Shown: positions 36,286 to 57,834 of the stretch, piece by piece
Numbering within the stretch: the stretch's first letter is position 1
How the letters are laid out: each line of letters begins with the position of its first letter
Assembly: GCF_009914755.1 (NCBI RefSeq)
Contig: NC_060926.1
Source of the DNA: the human T2T-CHM13v2.0 reference genome, Homo sapiens
Reading direction: 5' to 3' (one strand)
DNA: 64,000 nucleotides
Notes under the pieces: generated by a model
Told to the model about the DNA's origin: nothing
The model's input: only the letters and a program-made list of their open reading frames with translations
Databases searched by the model: none
Made by a program: the position numbers and the translations under genes

Positions 36286-37668
36286 CCAGATAATATGAAT
36301 TGCAATCAGAGTAAACTTAATCGGGAAACAGTAGTTCTAATTTCAAGCCCTGTTTGTGGCCATTTGGCATCTTCCTTGCCTGGACCACTTCTTGGTGCTG
36401 AGCTAGAGGTTTCCTATTACTCTATTAGTCACTTGCAGAGTAAGCCCTACTGAACTCCAAACAGAAATAAAACCCCTTGGAGGTTTTAGTGGTGCCCAGT
36501 GAGCCAACAGAAAAGGAAATCACGTAACAAGACTAGGGGCACCCGGGGAGCTCCAGGAACTCAGGAGTAGGACCAGGCCCACCTGACACCGCCCTGGTGT
36601 GACTCTCAGACGCATCTCACCAGCAGAGGTTAATGTGGCAGCAGCACTGTTGCCAGAGACAGAGAAAATTTTACCTACCACAGGCAGTTCTGCTTTGTCA
36701 ACCTGCTTGCCATGTTCCTACACCTCACTACCATTCTGCTACTTACCCTTCCTGCTTGTCTACACATCTCTTCTGACTCTTATTCTTTTTCTTACCATGG
36801 ATCATCTTGGAAGATAACTGTTAAAATGTTAAAAATGGCAGAGCCTCCAGCATCCTAGGTGTCTGAATGACTATGGGGGTCACAGTCCCCTAGCCTCTCT
36901 CCCAAAGCCCCCACAACTCCACTCATGACCTGGAACACTGTAGATTGTCCACAAAGCAAGAATTAATTTCTATTTAGTTTAGCAATTACAAAAGTTCAGG
37001 GTCTATTTAATATAACATAGCGTACCCTAACTAACAAAAAAGATTAATCTGGACTCTTCAGAACTTTTTGTTTTACTTGTGAATGATTTCACAATCAGAT
37101 TTAATGTTTCATAGAAATTTTTTTATGTTCATTTGTGTACCAAGAATTCTGATTTGGACATACTTCTTTTCCTAACATGTATTTTCAGAGATTTCTCCCC
37201 AGCAACCAGTTAACTATAAAGCAATGAGAGGAAAACAGAAACAAAATCACGGGATGATCATTTCTCTCTGTGTATCTCTACCTTTCTAAGGAAAATGACA
37301 GCTATAAAAATGAATTCTAGCAATCAAAGGTGGTAATTCCAGCTCTTCCTTTAATTCCCTATTTGGCATTGTAAAAAGACAAGGGAAAAGTCACCTTAAG
37401 CATCTGTGGGCTTTCGTTTTGTCATGTATAAAACAGGGCAATCAGTAATTCATTCTGCTTACATTTCATGATTGTTGTAAAGTTAAAATCAGAGTTTTTT
37501 GCAAAACCTTTTGATAAACCACCACGTGTTCAATGACAAATAAAAAGTAAAATGAGAAAATATAAAGTAAAAATCTGCGCTGTTATTTATGAGACTGGAT
37601 TAATAGATACAAAGTCAGTTGCAAAGTTAACAGGAAACAATATTTCTCCTAAGAACTTGCTGCAGATA

Positions 37669-38005
<337 letters not shown>

Positions 38006-38048
38006 TCACAACCCCCCACTATGGGGGTTTCAGAAAAAAAAACGCTGC

Positions 38049-38079
<31 letters not shown>

Positions 38080-38354
38080 GTCATAACAATCCCCCTTTTT
38101 ATTTTTGTATCAAATATGTTTACCCAGAATCCTCTTTTTTGAATGAACACTGCTTTCTTACTTGTTAAGGAAACTTGCTGTCAAAAATCACACACATTTC
38201 TTCTGCCTCTGTTTCTTGCCTGGGGAAATGTTTGAAGATGGATCCCTGAATGGGTACGGGGATCTCTCCTCCTCCCTCCTTGCCCCCATTCCAACTCAAC
38301 CTCCCTTAACCCAGAATAGAACCTATTTGAATGGTTTTCATATGTAACGAATAG

Positions 38355-38462
38355 ACTTCTAGTGTTTAAGACATTCTACACCTGTTAAAAATAGATGGTA
38401 AAGGTTAAACACTTAACTTCTAGTATTTAAGACATTCTACACCTGTTAAAATAGATGGTAAA

Positions 38463-38463
<1 letters not shown>
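38355..38463. repeat. Local tandem duplication of ~49 bp (period 61)
   Basis: acttctagt(g/a)tttaagacattctacacctgttaaaa(a)tagatggtaaag at 38355-38403 and 38416-38463. Confidence 0.9.
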
Positions 38464-39294
<831 letters not shown>

Positions 39295-39590
39295 TTATAA
39301 ATCCTGAAACAATTAACACTGCAAACATGTTTGATTACTATTTCCCTCCCTTCTTTCTGAAGAAAACAGACACCCGCTGAACTGAGACTCGGGCATATAT
39401 ATTTTTGGTGCTACCTCTGCCCTCAATTCTCCATGTAACTTTGTAAAAGATCTTTAAACATTTATGTGCTTATGTTTCTGCATCTATAAAACAAGGATAA
39501 TGACAGTTATCCTGCCTACCCATTATGAATGTTGTAAAGATACAAAAAGATGTTATTTCCAAAATTGTTTTGAAAAAAGTTTGTAGATAA

Positions 39591-39995
<405 letters not shown>

Positions 39996-40054
39996 CAAAA
40001 ATTACTTTTTTGTGATCTTTAGATGATGAGGGTTGTTTGGGGTGGAAATCTATA

Positions 40055-41433
40055 CATAAAGGAAGGACCTCAATATGAACAGGTATGTGTTTTTTTCTGA
40101 CACCAAATGTGTGGTGTCTTTTCCAACAACAAACACATTCTTCCAAAACCAATCAGTTCTTTAACTTCTCTGAAACCAACTGAGTATCCAACAATTCAGT
40201 TTATTTATTTTACCAATTACAAATGTTCAGGGTCTATTTAATATAACATAGCCTACCCTAATCTCTGAAAGTTGGGGTCAATGCCAACTCTGACACTACC
40301 CAGAGTTGGCATTGACCCCACAGGCTAAGATGTCAGTCCCACAAGACTGCCATACTGTAGATAACAATCATGAATGGGGTGACCAGGCCACCCACATTTC
40401 TGTGGAGAAGGCTACAACTTTAGGGGTTCACAGGACTTCCCTCAGGTTGGGTAATTCCTTAGAATGACTCACAGAACTCAGAAAGTATTCTACTTCTGAT
40501 TATAAAGTTGTGTTCTTATAAAGAACACAACTGAGGGATGACTGGCTTTGTTGAGTGAGTGTGTGGAGGTGTTCTGGTGGCTGGATGTGACTGGCAATTC
40601 ATAGCATCCTCATATCCGCTCACAGGTCAAAATGAAAATGTTCATGAGGACCTTGATCGGCAAGACCATCAACCTGGAGGTGGAGCCAGGGACACCATGA
40701 AAAATGAAAAATGTGAAGGCCAAGATCCCAGATACAGAAGGCATCCCCAGCCTCCTGAGTAGCTGGGATTATGGGCGTGTACCACCACAGCTGGTTTTTT
40801 TTTTTTTTTTTTTTTTTTTTTGGTAGAGATGGGGTTTCATGATGTTGGATAGGCTGGTCTCGAACTCCTGACTTCAAGTGAACCACGTTTATTCTTCACT
40901 CTCGCATTCGCAGTGCCCAGTGATGGCATTACTCTGCACTATAGCCATTTGCGCCCCAACTTAAGTTTGGAAATTACCAGTTTCAGTAAACAGTTGAACC
41001 TAATCAAAATGTTAGTCAAAGTTTTGTTGCATGGAAAAAAATAAAACCTCAGGAAGAACCAAATATAGCACAAGGTGTGGAAGGAGGGACAGAGCTTTCA
41101 TGCCCTCTCCAGGTGAGCCTCAACCCCACCTCCAACACATAAATGTATTCACCAATTCAGAAGCTCCCTGAACCCTGTTGTTCAGGGGTTTTTATCAAGG
41201 TTTCATTATGTAGGCATGATTGATTAAATCCCTTGCCACTGGCAATCGACCTCGATCTTCTGCCCTTCTCTTCTCCCTAGACATCAAGGTTTAGGGTTGA
41301 AAATTCTAATCTTCCAATCATGTGGTTGGTACTTTTAAGACACCCATCGTTCTGGAATTTCCAAGAGTTTTAGGGACTTCGTGCCAGGAACTGGGGACAA
41401 AGATCAACTATGTATTTTTTAAAGTATACCACA
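40055..41433 (-). mobile_element. MER21-type ERV LTR, host of the UBB retrocopy
   Basis: Minus strand starts tgtggtatactttaa...ctttgtccccagttcctggcac, as in MER21C; the lower boundary is uncertain. Confidence 0.7.
40534..41040 (+). pseudogene. UBB (polyubiquitin B) processed pseudogene, internally deleted and patched with an Alu fragment
   Basis: Intronless UBB 5' UTR (...tatccgctcacaggtcaaaATG, ATG at 40632), decayed MKMFMRTLIGKTINLEVEP...NVKAKIPDTEGIP, then an antisense Alu piece (40749-40886), then UBB 3' UTR (gcattcgcagtgcccagtgatggcattactctgcactatagccattt) and A tail. Confidence 0.88.
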
Positions 41434-41450
41434 GTAGGCCTGATCACCTG

Positions 41451-45939
<4,489 letters not shown>

Positions 45940-46197
45940 ATGTGAAAGGGAAAAGCAACAGAAATATGCTAGCTTCTTTCTAACCTAATGTCAATACCAG
46001 AGCACACATATTCAATGAAGGTTGCCTCTCCCATTTCCCAAAGTGCCAGGTGAGGTGAGGGCACAAAAAGAGCACCAGGGATAACTGCATCATGGCTATG
46101 GAGTGCACTCCAGTTGAAATGCATTAGGAAGCAGACACTCTAAACTCAGGCGTCTGAGGTCCTGGAGCCCCACACGAATGGTCCTTGCCCTTCTCAC

Positions 46198-46278
46198 CAG
46201 GCCTGGGCATTGATGCTGAGATGGAGGCTTCCAGGGGCTCTTTGCCCTCACAGGAATCAGAGTCTTCACTGCTGATCG
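46198..46278 (-). pseudogene. SP-paralog exon with SIM acidic tail (AISSEDSDSCEGKEPLEASISASMPRP)
   Basis: ttttgttccttcgtgcag acceptor, gtgaga donor, 81 nt, phase 1-1; aligns to SP100 VISSEDSEGSTDVDEPLEVFISAPRSEP. Confidence 0.85.
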
Positions 46279-46983
46279 CTGCACGAAGGAACAAAATCCT
46301 TTAGGGTCTCAGTGTGGGATGCAGGAGCCAACACCGCAGGAAACGCACAATTAGGGACACCAGAAAAGACCCAGGAGCTTGTGTGACTTGCAGGTAGGAA
46401 TGTCCCTGCCCAGCACAGTTGCAGTGCTCCTGCGGAATGCTGAGCCGCAGGGTCCTGGTGCTCCAGGCACTGAAACTAGACCCTCAGGCTGGGGGCAAAT
46501 GGCCATAGTGGCCAGCTTTGCGTGTCTTGCTCTCCATTTCCTTACTTCCTCTCTCTTCTTTCCCTTCCCATTGTCTCTGTCCATTTCTCCACTCCTGCTT
46601 CTTTCTTGCAGCTTCTCCCTCTTTGTTTGTCAATCTCTGTAAACGCCTCTCTGGCATTTCTGTTTCTGCCTCTTTTGCCTCCTTGCACCTCTGTCACTCT
46701 CGCCTGGCTTTCTTGCATTACATACCTGCCCTCCACGTCTCCTCTGAGCCACTTCTCCCTCTCCCAGGTGTCTCTGTACTTTTCCATTTCCCCACCAACT
46801 TTCCTCTGTCGTGCAGAAGCTCCCTGAGCTAAACACCAGAATCCACGTCTCCCAGCATTCATCTGGGCTCCCTGGGCCACCACGTGGGACTCTGACCACA
46901 CCCCCAGCCTGTCACTTCTGCTGTGACTCACACAGTGTCACCGCATCAGCCTTACCGATTATTACACCCTCCACCAGCCTTAC

Positions 46984-47088
46984 CGATTATTTCAGGGGCT
47001 TGGTTACACGCCTTCCTTGCCATCTGGATGTCTTCCGGGAGCACAAAACTAGGTTGCACCCAATTTTTGGATCTGGATAGCTTTGCCC
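46984..47088 (-). pseudogene. SP-paralog exon (GAKLSRSKNWVQPSFVLPEDIQMARKACNQAPEII)
   Basis: tttgttctag acceptor, gtaagg donor, 105 nt, phase 1-1; end aligns to SP100 ARTHHNQASDII. Confidence 0.82.
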
Positions 47089-47398
47089 CTAGAACAAATA
47101 GTGATCCTTGAAGAATTTTCATCTTTCTCCCTCAAAAAAGCCTTGTGGTACCCCTCTTCCTCTCTCTCTACCCACTTCAGAGGATCACTCTGTCACTAAA
47201 TTTCACCTTCTTTTATACTGCCTCACTCCAGATATGTTTCTTACTTTCTGTCTCTCTATGTTTATCTTTTTACCTTGAACTCTATTTTGTTTTTCTCTTT
47301 TCCCTTTACCTGTCATTCTTATTTACTAACTGATCATTGTCTTGGCCAAATTTTGTGATCTTCACTTAATTAACTTAATCATTAATAAAGACCTTAAG

Positions 47399-48112
<714 letters not shown>

Positions 48113-48846
48113 ATATAATTCTTAGAACTATTTTTGTGAAGCTTTCCATACAAATACATCAGTGATGTCATGTTCGCCAAAATATATGTCCAGTTTTTAG
48201 GGCACAGAAATATGAATACTTTCATTTCCTGACAATATGAAGTGTGCTCTTTATTATGTGCCAGACACTGTCATGCTAGGTTGGAAGGACACAGCGAGAA
48301 CAAGCAGCTGTGGTCCAGAGAGAGCGCATGCTAAGCACACGATCACAACGAGGCAGGAGTTTTATCTCACAGCAAGCAAGAAGTGCTCTGGAACAGACAG
48401 GCCAGTCCAAGAGACAGGAAGAGGCCTATGGGAAGAAATATCACGTGAGCAGGAGGTAGCCAGATTAGGGAGAAGATGAGTAGGATAGAGGCCAAGAAAA
48501 CAGACCCTGATAGAAGACAGCTTGGGCAAAGTAATTTGAGTAACTAAAAGAAGCCAGCGTGACTTCTTGGAGTGAGAGAATAGAGGCTGGAGAAATAGGA
48601 AGGGCCCTCATTGCCCAGCCTTGGAAGTCTAGTAAAGGGATCAACTTAAACCCAGGTATCATCATGCCAGTCATTGGAGGTTAGGCAGGAAGACAGCACA
48701 AACATACCTGAACTTTGGTACGATATAGCAGCTGAAGTTCATGGGAGAGTTATCAGAGATCTGATTAGCATCATAGCATCAGAGATAGAGAAAAATGATC
48801 AGGTGGCAAATGCCACCAAGTACAGTGCACCGGGCTCGATGGTTGA

Positions 48847-49214
<368 letters not shown>

Positions 49215-50215
49215 TGAGAAAACTTGACAGTAATGGCCATTTTACCAGAAAGGGAACTCTGGAAGAGGAGGAGGAAGGGGAAAAGGATGAGGATGTGGTT
49301 TCATGGAAGAATGTGTCTCCTCTCTCGCTGCCACACTGACCCCCACCAATTTTTTATTTGCTCTTTACACTCACTCTCACTTCCTGGCTTCTTCGTGCCT
49401 CTCCCTCACTTTCTCTGTTCCTGGTATTTACATTGACCTCATGTTTCTCTCTCTGTATGATTTTTCTCACTGTCCCTCATTTGAGTTTTTAGTTTATGTC
49501 TCCTCTGCCATGTCTCTCACTTCCTCCCCCATGTCTCTGTGTTTCTGGGGCTTCCTTTGATCCTCTGTCTGCCTTGACCCTTCCAAGCATTTTCTTCCTG
49601 TGTCTTCTCCTTGTCTGAAAAGTCGTGTCCCTCCATTCCTTTTTTGGCTTTAACTCTACCTCCAGGGCCCCTTTCCCTTGCCCTCCCCATTCTGAAGGTT
49701 GTCTACAATGACCTTTCTTCCTTGCAAATATGATGGTCACAGACCTTGTTTGCCTGATCTTGTGGCAACTTCTAGCAAATAGGACAAACATTATTTCCTT
49801 GTCAATCCTCCACCAACCTGGGAAAGCTTAGACATCATGTCCACTTAGGTAAAACTGGGCTCCCTCCTAAAACTTGCTATTCCATGGCCCAATCATCCAC
49901 CTCTTCTATACTCGCGCTCCTCAGCTTCTCCACCCAGGGTGCCATGCTCCAGGGAGGCGTTCGCCTCTCCTTTCTCTCCTGCCTGGAAGACTTAGGGCAT
50001 GTACTCTCGGGGTCCTGCCAGTGAGTGCCTCTCACAGTGTTGCAGCCCGCGCACATCACATGCCTCATCCTGCTTGTTTCCTTCACAAATTTGAAAGCAA
50101 CCAGAGGCTGGGCTCCTGTCGGGGAGGGAGGGGAGGAAGAGAAGCCCTTCCTCCCTCCACACCATGAGATAATCAGGTAATCGGTCACTTAAAGGGCAGG
50201 ATTCAATTGCAGTAC

Positions 50216-50299
50216 CTTGTCTACCATGTGGCAGTCTGCTGGGCATCTCTTCTGACCCTCTCTCCTTTTTTACTTGGAGAGCCTCGAGTTCCCTAGGCA
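50216..50299 (-). pseudogene. SP-paralog linker exon (VPRELEALQVKKERGSEEMPSRLPHGRQ)
   Basis: ttttatgttccctcttcag acceptor, gtact donor, 84 nt, phase 1-1; resembles SP140 repeated linker exons (SSELENHPMNEEGESEELASSLL). Confidence 0.78.
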
Positions 50300-50962
50300 C
50301 TGAAGAGGGAACATAAAATGAGACACCAGATCCAGTGGCCGGGAAAAGGACAGAGATGTGACCACACTGAGCGCTGCGGTTGGGAGCAGAAGTGAAATGC
50401 TCCTGGGGAAGTGATGCTCCTCTCCGAGGACCCCTGCTGAGATCCAGCCAAGCCCTGCTCTGCCTCTTCCCATCTTGTCAGACCTGGTTCTCTCTCTCTC
50501 TCCTGCTCAGCCTTCCACCAGGATCCAATCCCCAGGCTTCTGCCCTAGGAAGGCATTTCTGCATCATGGACTTAGCCAGCTTCTCTCTTGTCTTCCGGTG
50601 CATCTGTCTCTCTCCTCTCCAGCAATGCTGCAGGAGAATGCATTCCTCATTCTCCATTTTCCCTTCCCAACTCTCTCCTTCTACATCTCTTCCAACCTAC
50701 ATATCAGGCTCCAGTCCTGTTCTCTCTGTGTCTCCGTGTCTTTTTCTGTCTTCCTCACAGCAACTAAAAGACATACCTTTCCATTACGTCAATGTCTGCC
50801 TGCAGTGGACATTGGTCTATCTTTCTACTGTCATTCAGGACTCCTTGGGGTCTCCCCTTAGATACTGAGCATGTGACACAGCACTGCCTTCCCCCTTCTG
50901 TGTGTGCTACAGACGCCTACCACTAGTCACCCATGCAAACACCTGGCCATCATCAGCCTTAC

Positions 50963-51103
50963 CTACTTGGGTGCATGTGTTTGCTTGCTGTGTTCCAAGA
51001 GCATCACCTGGGCCAAGGATAGAACATTCTGGCTTTATATATGTTGACTTCACATCCTAGACAGGCTCAGAGGTTTCTGTTCTGGTTCCAGAATGGATGG
51101 CCC
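50963..51103 (-). pseudogene. SP-paralog exon with in-frame stop (GAIHSGTRTETSEPV*DVKSTYIKPECSILGPGDALGTQQANTCTQV)
   Basis: catctag acceptor, gtaagg donor, 141 nt, phase 1-1; DALGTQQAN resembles SP100 DSLGSQQTN; TAG at 51059-51057. Confidence 0.72.
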
Positions 51104-52027
51104 CTAGATGACATTATGATTTCATAAATATGGCACTGTGACATCATAAATCAAAACCTAAAGTTTTTATTTAAATGCATTAATAAATTAATCAAATATC
51201 CTTTTTGATCATGTATCCCGATTGTCAATGACATCAGAATGACCTTCCACAGCTCTGAGGGTTCTCTTATATTTCTTCTATGTCATTTCAGAAAAAGTGA
51301 TCATAAAACACTGAACAAAGAAATAAAATTTGTTATGGACATTATGGTCTAAGGATGAGGGACATTAGGAAAAATAGAAACAAGAAGATGACTGAGAATC
51401 TAGAAACAGAAGCTAGTTATGGCACAAAAGTACTGAAGGGTTTTTGAAGAGGCCCATCTGGCACCTGAAAGGTAGCTCCTAGCTGCCTGCCCCAGGAATG
51501 ATGGGTGAGGGTTTGTATGGGAGGCACAGTGGTGCCATGGTCCTATGTGAAGGACCCAACAGGGAAGAAAGCCTATCCCACAGAAGGAACATGCCCATCA
51601 TTTCCCTCCAGCCACCACAGCACAGGCCATCACTGGATGTAAGCTCAAAGCACCAAGGCAGCAGCCAGATTCAAGTAGATGCAGGCAGAAAAACTGTGAA
51701 GCAGACACATGGGTAAAACGAGCAGGCTCAGCACCAGCAGGAACCAGTAGCAAGCGTGCTTAAGGGTTGTAAGAGGAAGAAGTCCTCCCAGGCAACCTGG
51801 AGGATAAGGACTTATTATTTAAATCCTGAACTTGGAGACACTGCAAATGCAAACACTAAAAATTCAGGGCAATCATAAACACAGAGGCAACCCTCTCTTC
51901 CCTTACCCCCAGCATGTTCCAGAATGGCGCAAGAACAGCAGAGGATCACAGCACAATCAAGAGGAACACACCAACAAAAGATGAGGAATCTGAGCATGTC
52001 CAGGTCAAGCTTTGAAAAGGGTCTTCA

Positions 52028-53069
<1,042 letters not shown>

Positions 53070-53477
53070 TGAGAGTGGGGGACTGGGTCACTGCACCCTT
53101 GGCTGAGAGGGCCTAGGCCAGACAACCCTGCTGAGTGTCCTCCATGAGACATTCTGGTAACTGGCAATGGCAGAGTGAACTGCCTTTGTTCCCAGAGCTA
53201 CCCTGCCCAGGGCCCTTAGCTCAGTTCCTGTGAAGTCCTGGTTGCCTCATGCCCACCCCCTTTCACACAACACCCTCCCTCTCCACATCTGTTCATGCTT
53301 TCTCATTGGCCTTTCCATGAGGACTCAGAGTTTGGGTCACCTCCACTTCTTCCAGCTCTTTGTATTCTTTTTTCCCTGGATCTTTTTTTCTGCATGTATT
53401 TCCCCATTTTTGTTTCATGTTTCTGTTTCTATCTTTTCCATTAGATTCCCTGGGTAACAGGAAGAATGTAACTTCTG

Positions 53478-53910
53478 TCACAATAGCGGAAAGATAGAAA
53501 CAACCCATCATTAACTGATGAATGAATAAACGAAATGTGGTAGAGATGTATGATGGAATATTATTCAGCCATCAAAAGGACTTGAGATACTAATTCATGT
53601 TACCACGTGGCAAAAACCTGGAAACATCTTATTAAGTGAAGGAAGCCCAGACACAGAAGGCCACATATTGTGTGATTCCATTTTCATGAACTGTCCAGAG
53701 TAGGCAAATTTGTAGAGGCGGAAAGTAGATTACTGATTGCCAGGGATTAGGGGCAGAGGGAAATTAGATAATTGGTTAATGGGCATAGGGTTTCCATTTG
53801 GGATGATTAACCCGTTTTGAAACTAGAGACAGGAGGTCGTACAACATTGTGAATATACTAAGTGTCACTGAATTCCACACTTTAAAATGGTTAACATCTG
53901 AATTTTACCT
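53478..53910 (+). mobile_element. L1MB-type 3' end fragment
   Basis: gatgaatgaataaacgaaatgtgg...acaacattgtgaatatactaagtgtcactgaatt...ctttaaaatggttaa. Confidence 0.8.
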
Positions 53911-54648
53911 CCTTCCCTCCCAAAAAACACAACAACAAAGGCTCTGGGTTTATCTTTTCTCATCTGACCTACGCAACCCCATACATTGTCCCTCTGGGTT
54001 TCAGTTTCCTAATCTGCAAAATGGGCACATAAATAATACTAATCTCCAAAGGCAGCCATGAGCAATAAACCCACAGCTGCCACGGAGCAGGCATTCCATC
54101 ACAGTGAGCTGTTCATAATACGGTTATTTTTATTGTTGTCCTTGACTGTCTTTCATTTCCCCTCCTTCTTCCTCCCTCTCTCAAAATACCCTCATCCTCT
54201 TCTCAGCATATGCGTCACTCCCTCTTTGTGTCTTTCTGTATGACTAAGTTTCTCTTTGAATATTCCTGCTGCTGAACAACATGTCCACGTTTAAATTGGC
54301 CCCTTCTTCTGGCATCACCAAGAGTATCTTCTTTGACATTGTTGGCCATAGGCACATCCTTCTTAGCCCTTCACCGCTTCTCACTGAAGGTCTCCTATAA
54401 ACTAGTAATTCACACTCAGATCCTCATTCTACCCTCCGGGTTACTGGGGGGAAAGTCTGTTTTTGCCACCTCTTGAGAGTGCTCTTGGATTCCAGCTGGA
54501 GTCAGGTCACTTTGGAATCAACACAAAGTGACCCTCAACCAGCTCTGCCACCATCCCCAGCAGTGCAGTCTTCCCTCAGACCTCGGTTCCCTGTCTCCTT
54601 TTCTTCTTAGTAGACCAGAAAACAAAGTTTTTGTCCAGACATTATTAC

Positions 54649-54723
54649 CTTGTTTACAGGTTGGTTGAAAGCTGGGCATTTTTGTTGTCTCTTTTCCATC
54701 CCTTTTCTGGGAAAAGGGGAGCA
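54649..54723 (-). pseudogene. SP-paralog exon after the HSR domain (VLPFSQKRDGKETTKMPSFQPTCKQ)
   Basis: ttcttttctttgttcag acceptor, gtaat donor, 75 nt, phase 1-1; positional equivalent of the SP100/SP140 post-HSR exon ending ...EQG / ...GKQE. Confidence 0.78.
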
Positions 54724-55431
54724 CTGAACAAAGAAAAGAATTAATTAGGGCCTGCAAGCAAGTGACCAGGAACTCCATCTCATGACCACATGAACGAAGC
54801 ACCATGTGTTCTTACAATTCAGTGGGAAACTCCTAGCCCTTCAGTCACTCTGAATCTCAGTGGCTTGTGACTTGGTGTTGCTTGTTTCTTCCTCTGAGGC
54901 AGCCAAGAAAGAAAATAACAGCACAAAACCACTGAAGTCCTATAGATGATGAGCCTCTCAGGTTTTAAGGATGATGGAGCAGTAGAAAAATTGTAAACCA
55001 TAATTAATCATCCAACAAGATGATCAGAGAGGCGTGAAAGCTTATCTCCATACAAATTCTGTAAGTGGAATGTCTCTGTGAACTGTGCAAATCTTACAGA
55101 AGAAACAAAGGGATTTCCCGAGGAGAAGAGCTAAGATCCTAGAGAGATGCCTCTAGGTAAGAGAAACCCAACAGCCTTAAAGGTGGGGCTAGAAAACAGC
55201 AGAGTTTTGGCTAAATTGGGTCTGGAAAGATGAGAGGCTCCCAAAGAGAGAGGACATGGTGGAGGAACTAGACAGACTTCCCCAGGGGTGGCCCAGACCC
55301 AAGGAACAAAGGGAGGACTCTCTGAAGTCTACAATCAGGGAGCAAATATTGCAGCACTGGGAAATGTCCTGAGACACCTGGACCAAGGTCCTCAGAGACT
55401 GCCAACGAAAGGAGGCCAGGGCGCAGGTTAG

Positions 55432-55764
<333 letters not shown>

Positions 55765-55866
55765 GCATGTGAGCATTTCATGAATACTTGCTAAATGAGC
55801 GACTGACCAAGTGAAAGAATGAAAACCAGACCTAGACCCCAAAAGACAGGGGAGAGAATTGATTAC

Positions 55867-56035
55867 CCTTTTTGAAGCTTTTATGAATCTCAATTAAATC
55901 GGGATACTCCTTCAGGTTAATCCTGCTGAACAGGACTGACAGAACTGAACAATCAAACACCTTCTCCAGGTGGCAGAGAACCTGATACACAACTCTCTGT
56001 ATAGGAATCGAGTTTATACGGGCTTCTTGAGAATA
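55867..56035 (-). pseudogene. SP-paralog HSR/CARD exon 2 ([56 protein letters not shown])
   Basis: ttttttaacag acceptor, gtaat donor, 169 nt, phase 0-1, no stops; clear match to SP100 VPVQRVVYNVLSELEKTF...LFSDVNMQEYPDL. Confidence 0.93.
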
Positions 56036-56675
56036 CTGTTAAAAAATTCAATGGTAAAAGTATACAAAATAATAGCTTTAAAGTTAAAAAAAGATTGACA
56101 ATGTAATTGCATAGAATACTTCCATTGTTCTCAGTGTAGGCTACTATTTTTCATGTAATATTCTAGAACTCCTTAAATATTTGATCCACTGCGTTAGAAA
56201 AACAAGTCAACCCTTCCTCTTGTCTTTTGAGCTCTCATCCTGCCCAGGATGCCGTGGGAATAAATCTTATGGTGATTTTGTTGTCTGCGCAGCAGTCACT
56301 GCCCCCACACTCCCCACCTTCCCCCTGTGGTATGAGAAGTCCTGAACAGGCTCCCAGAGATAGGGAGATGGTTCTTCCCTTGCCATAAAGAACACAACAG
56401 GAAGAGTACAATCACACACTGAAGACATGGCTTCCTTCTCTGTACCTCAGGGCACTGTTCAAAACACCTGAATTCCAAGGCTCCAGAACTACCCAAGAAA
56501 ATTTAAACACTTTAGACAAGACAATAGCAAGGCAGAAATTTGTTTGATAACAATTATAATGGCACAATTCTCTGGAGGTTTCATCTGACATAAATAGACA
56601 TTACAAAGAAATACTGCTTCCATCATCTTAGCTATCTTAATTTTGTTTTATTCTTGTATATTGTATAAATCACTA

Positions 56676-57418
<743 letters not shown>

Positions 57419-57543
57419 GAAGTGTCATCTTTAATGACATCTGTTTACCCCATTACCTTCTACCTTATACAATAATTAACCAACAGAAAAGGGTCTTCCC
57501 ACAAAAGGCATAAAAGGCCTATCAGGCAGTTAGCAATATACTA

Positions 57544-57834
<291 letters not shown>

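Noticed and set aside
50380-50868. 162-aa and 128-aa plus-strand ORFs
   Set aside because: Ser/Leu/Pro-rich translations of CT-rich intronic DNA with no domain signal
51800-51950. Isolated strong minus-strand acceptor (~51842) and gtaagg donor (~51905)
   Set aside because: They do not pair into a frame-preserving exon with recognisable SP-family similarity; could be decayed exons but unsupported
53341-53449. Possible extra minus-strand exon of the SP paralog (RESNGKDRNRNMKQK...KEYKELEEVE)
   Set aside because: AG/GT are present and it weakly resembles SP140, but 109 nt breaks the phase 1-1 pattern and the sequence is low-complexity purine-rich
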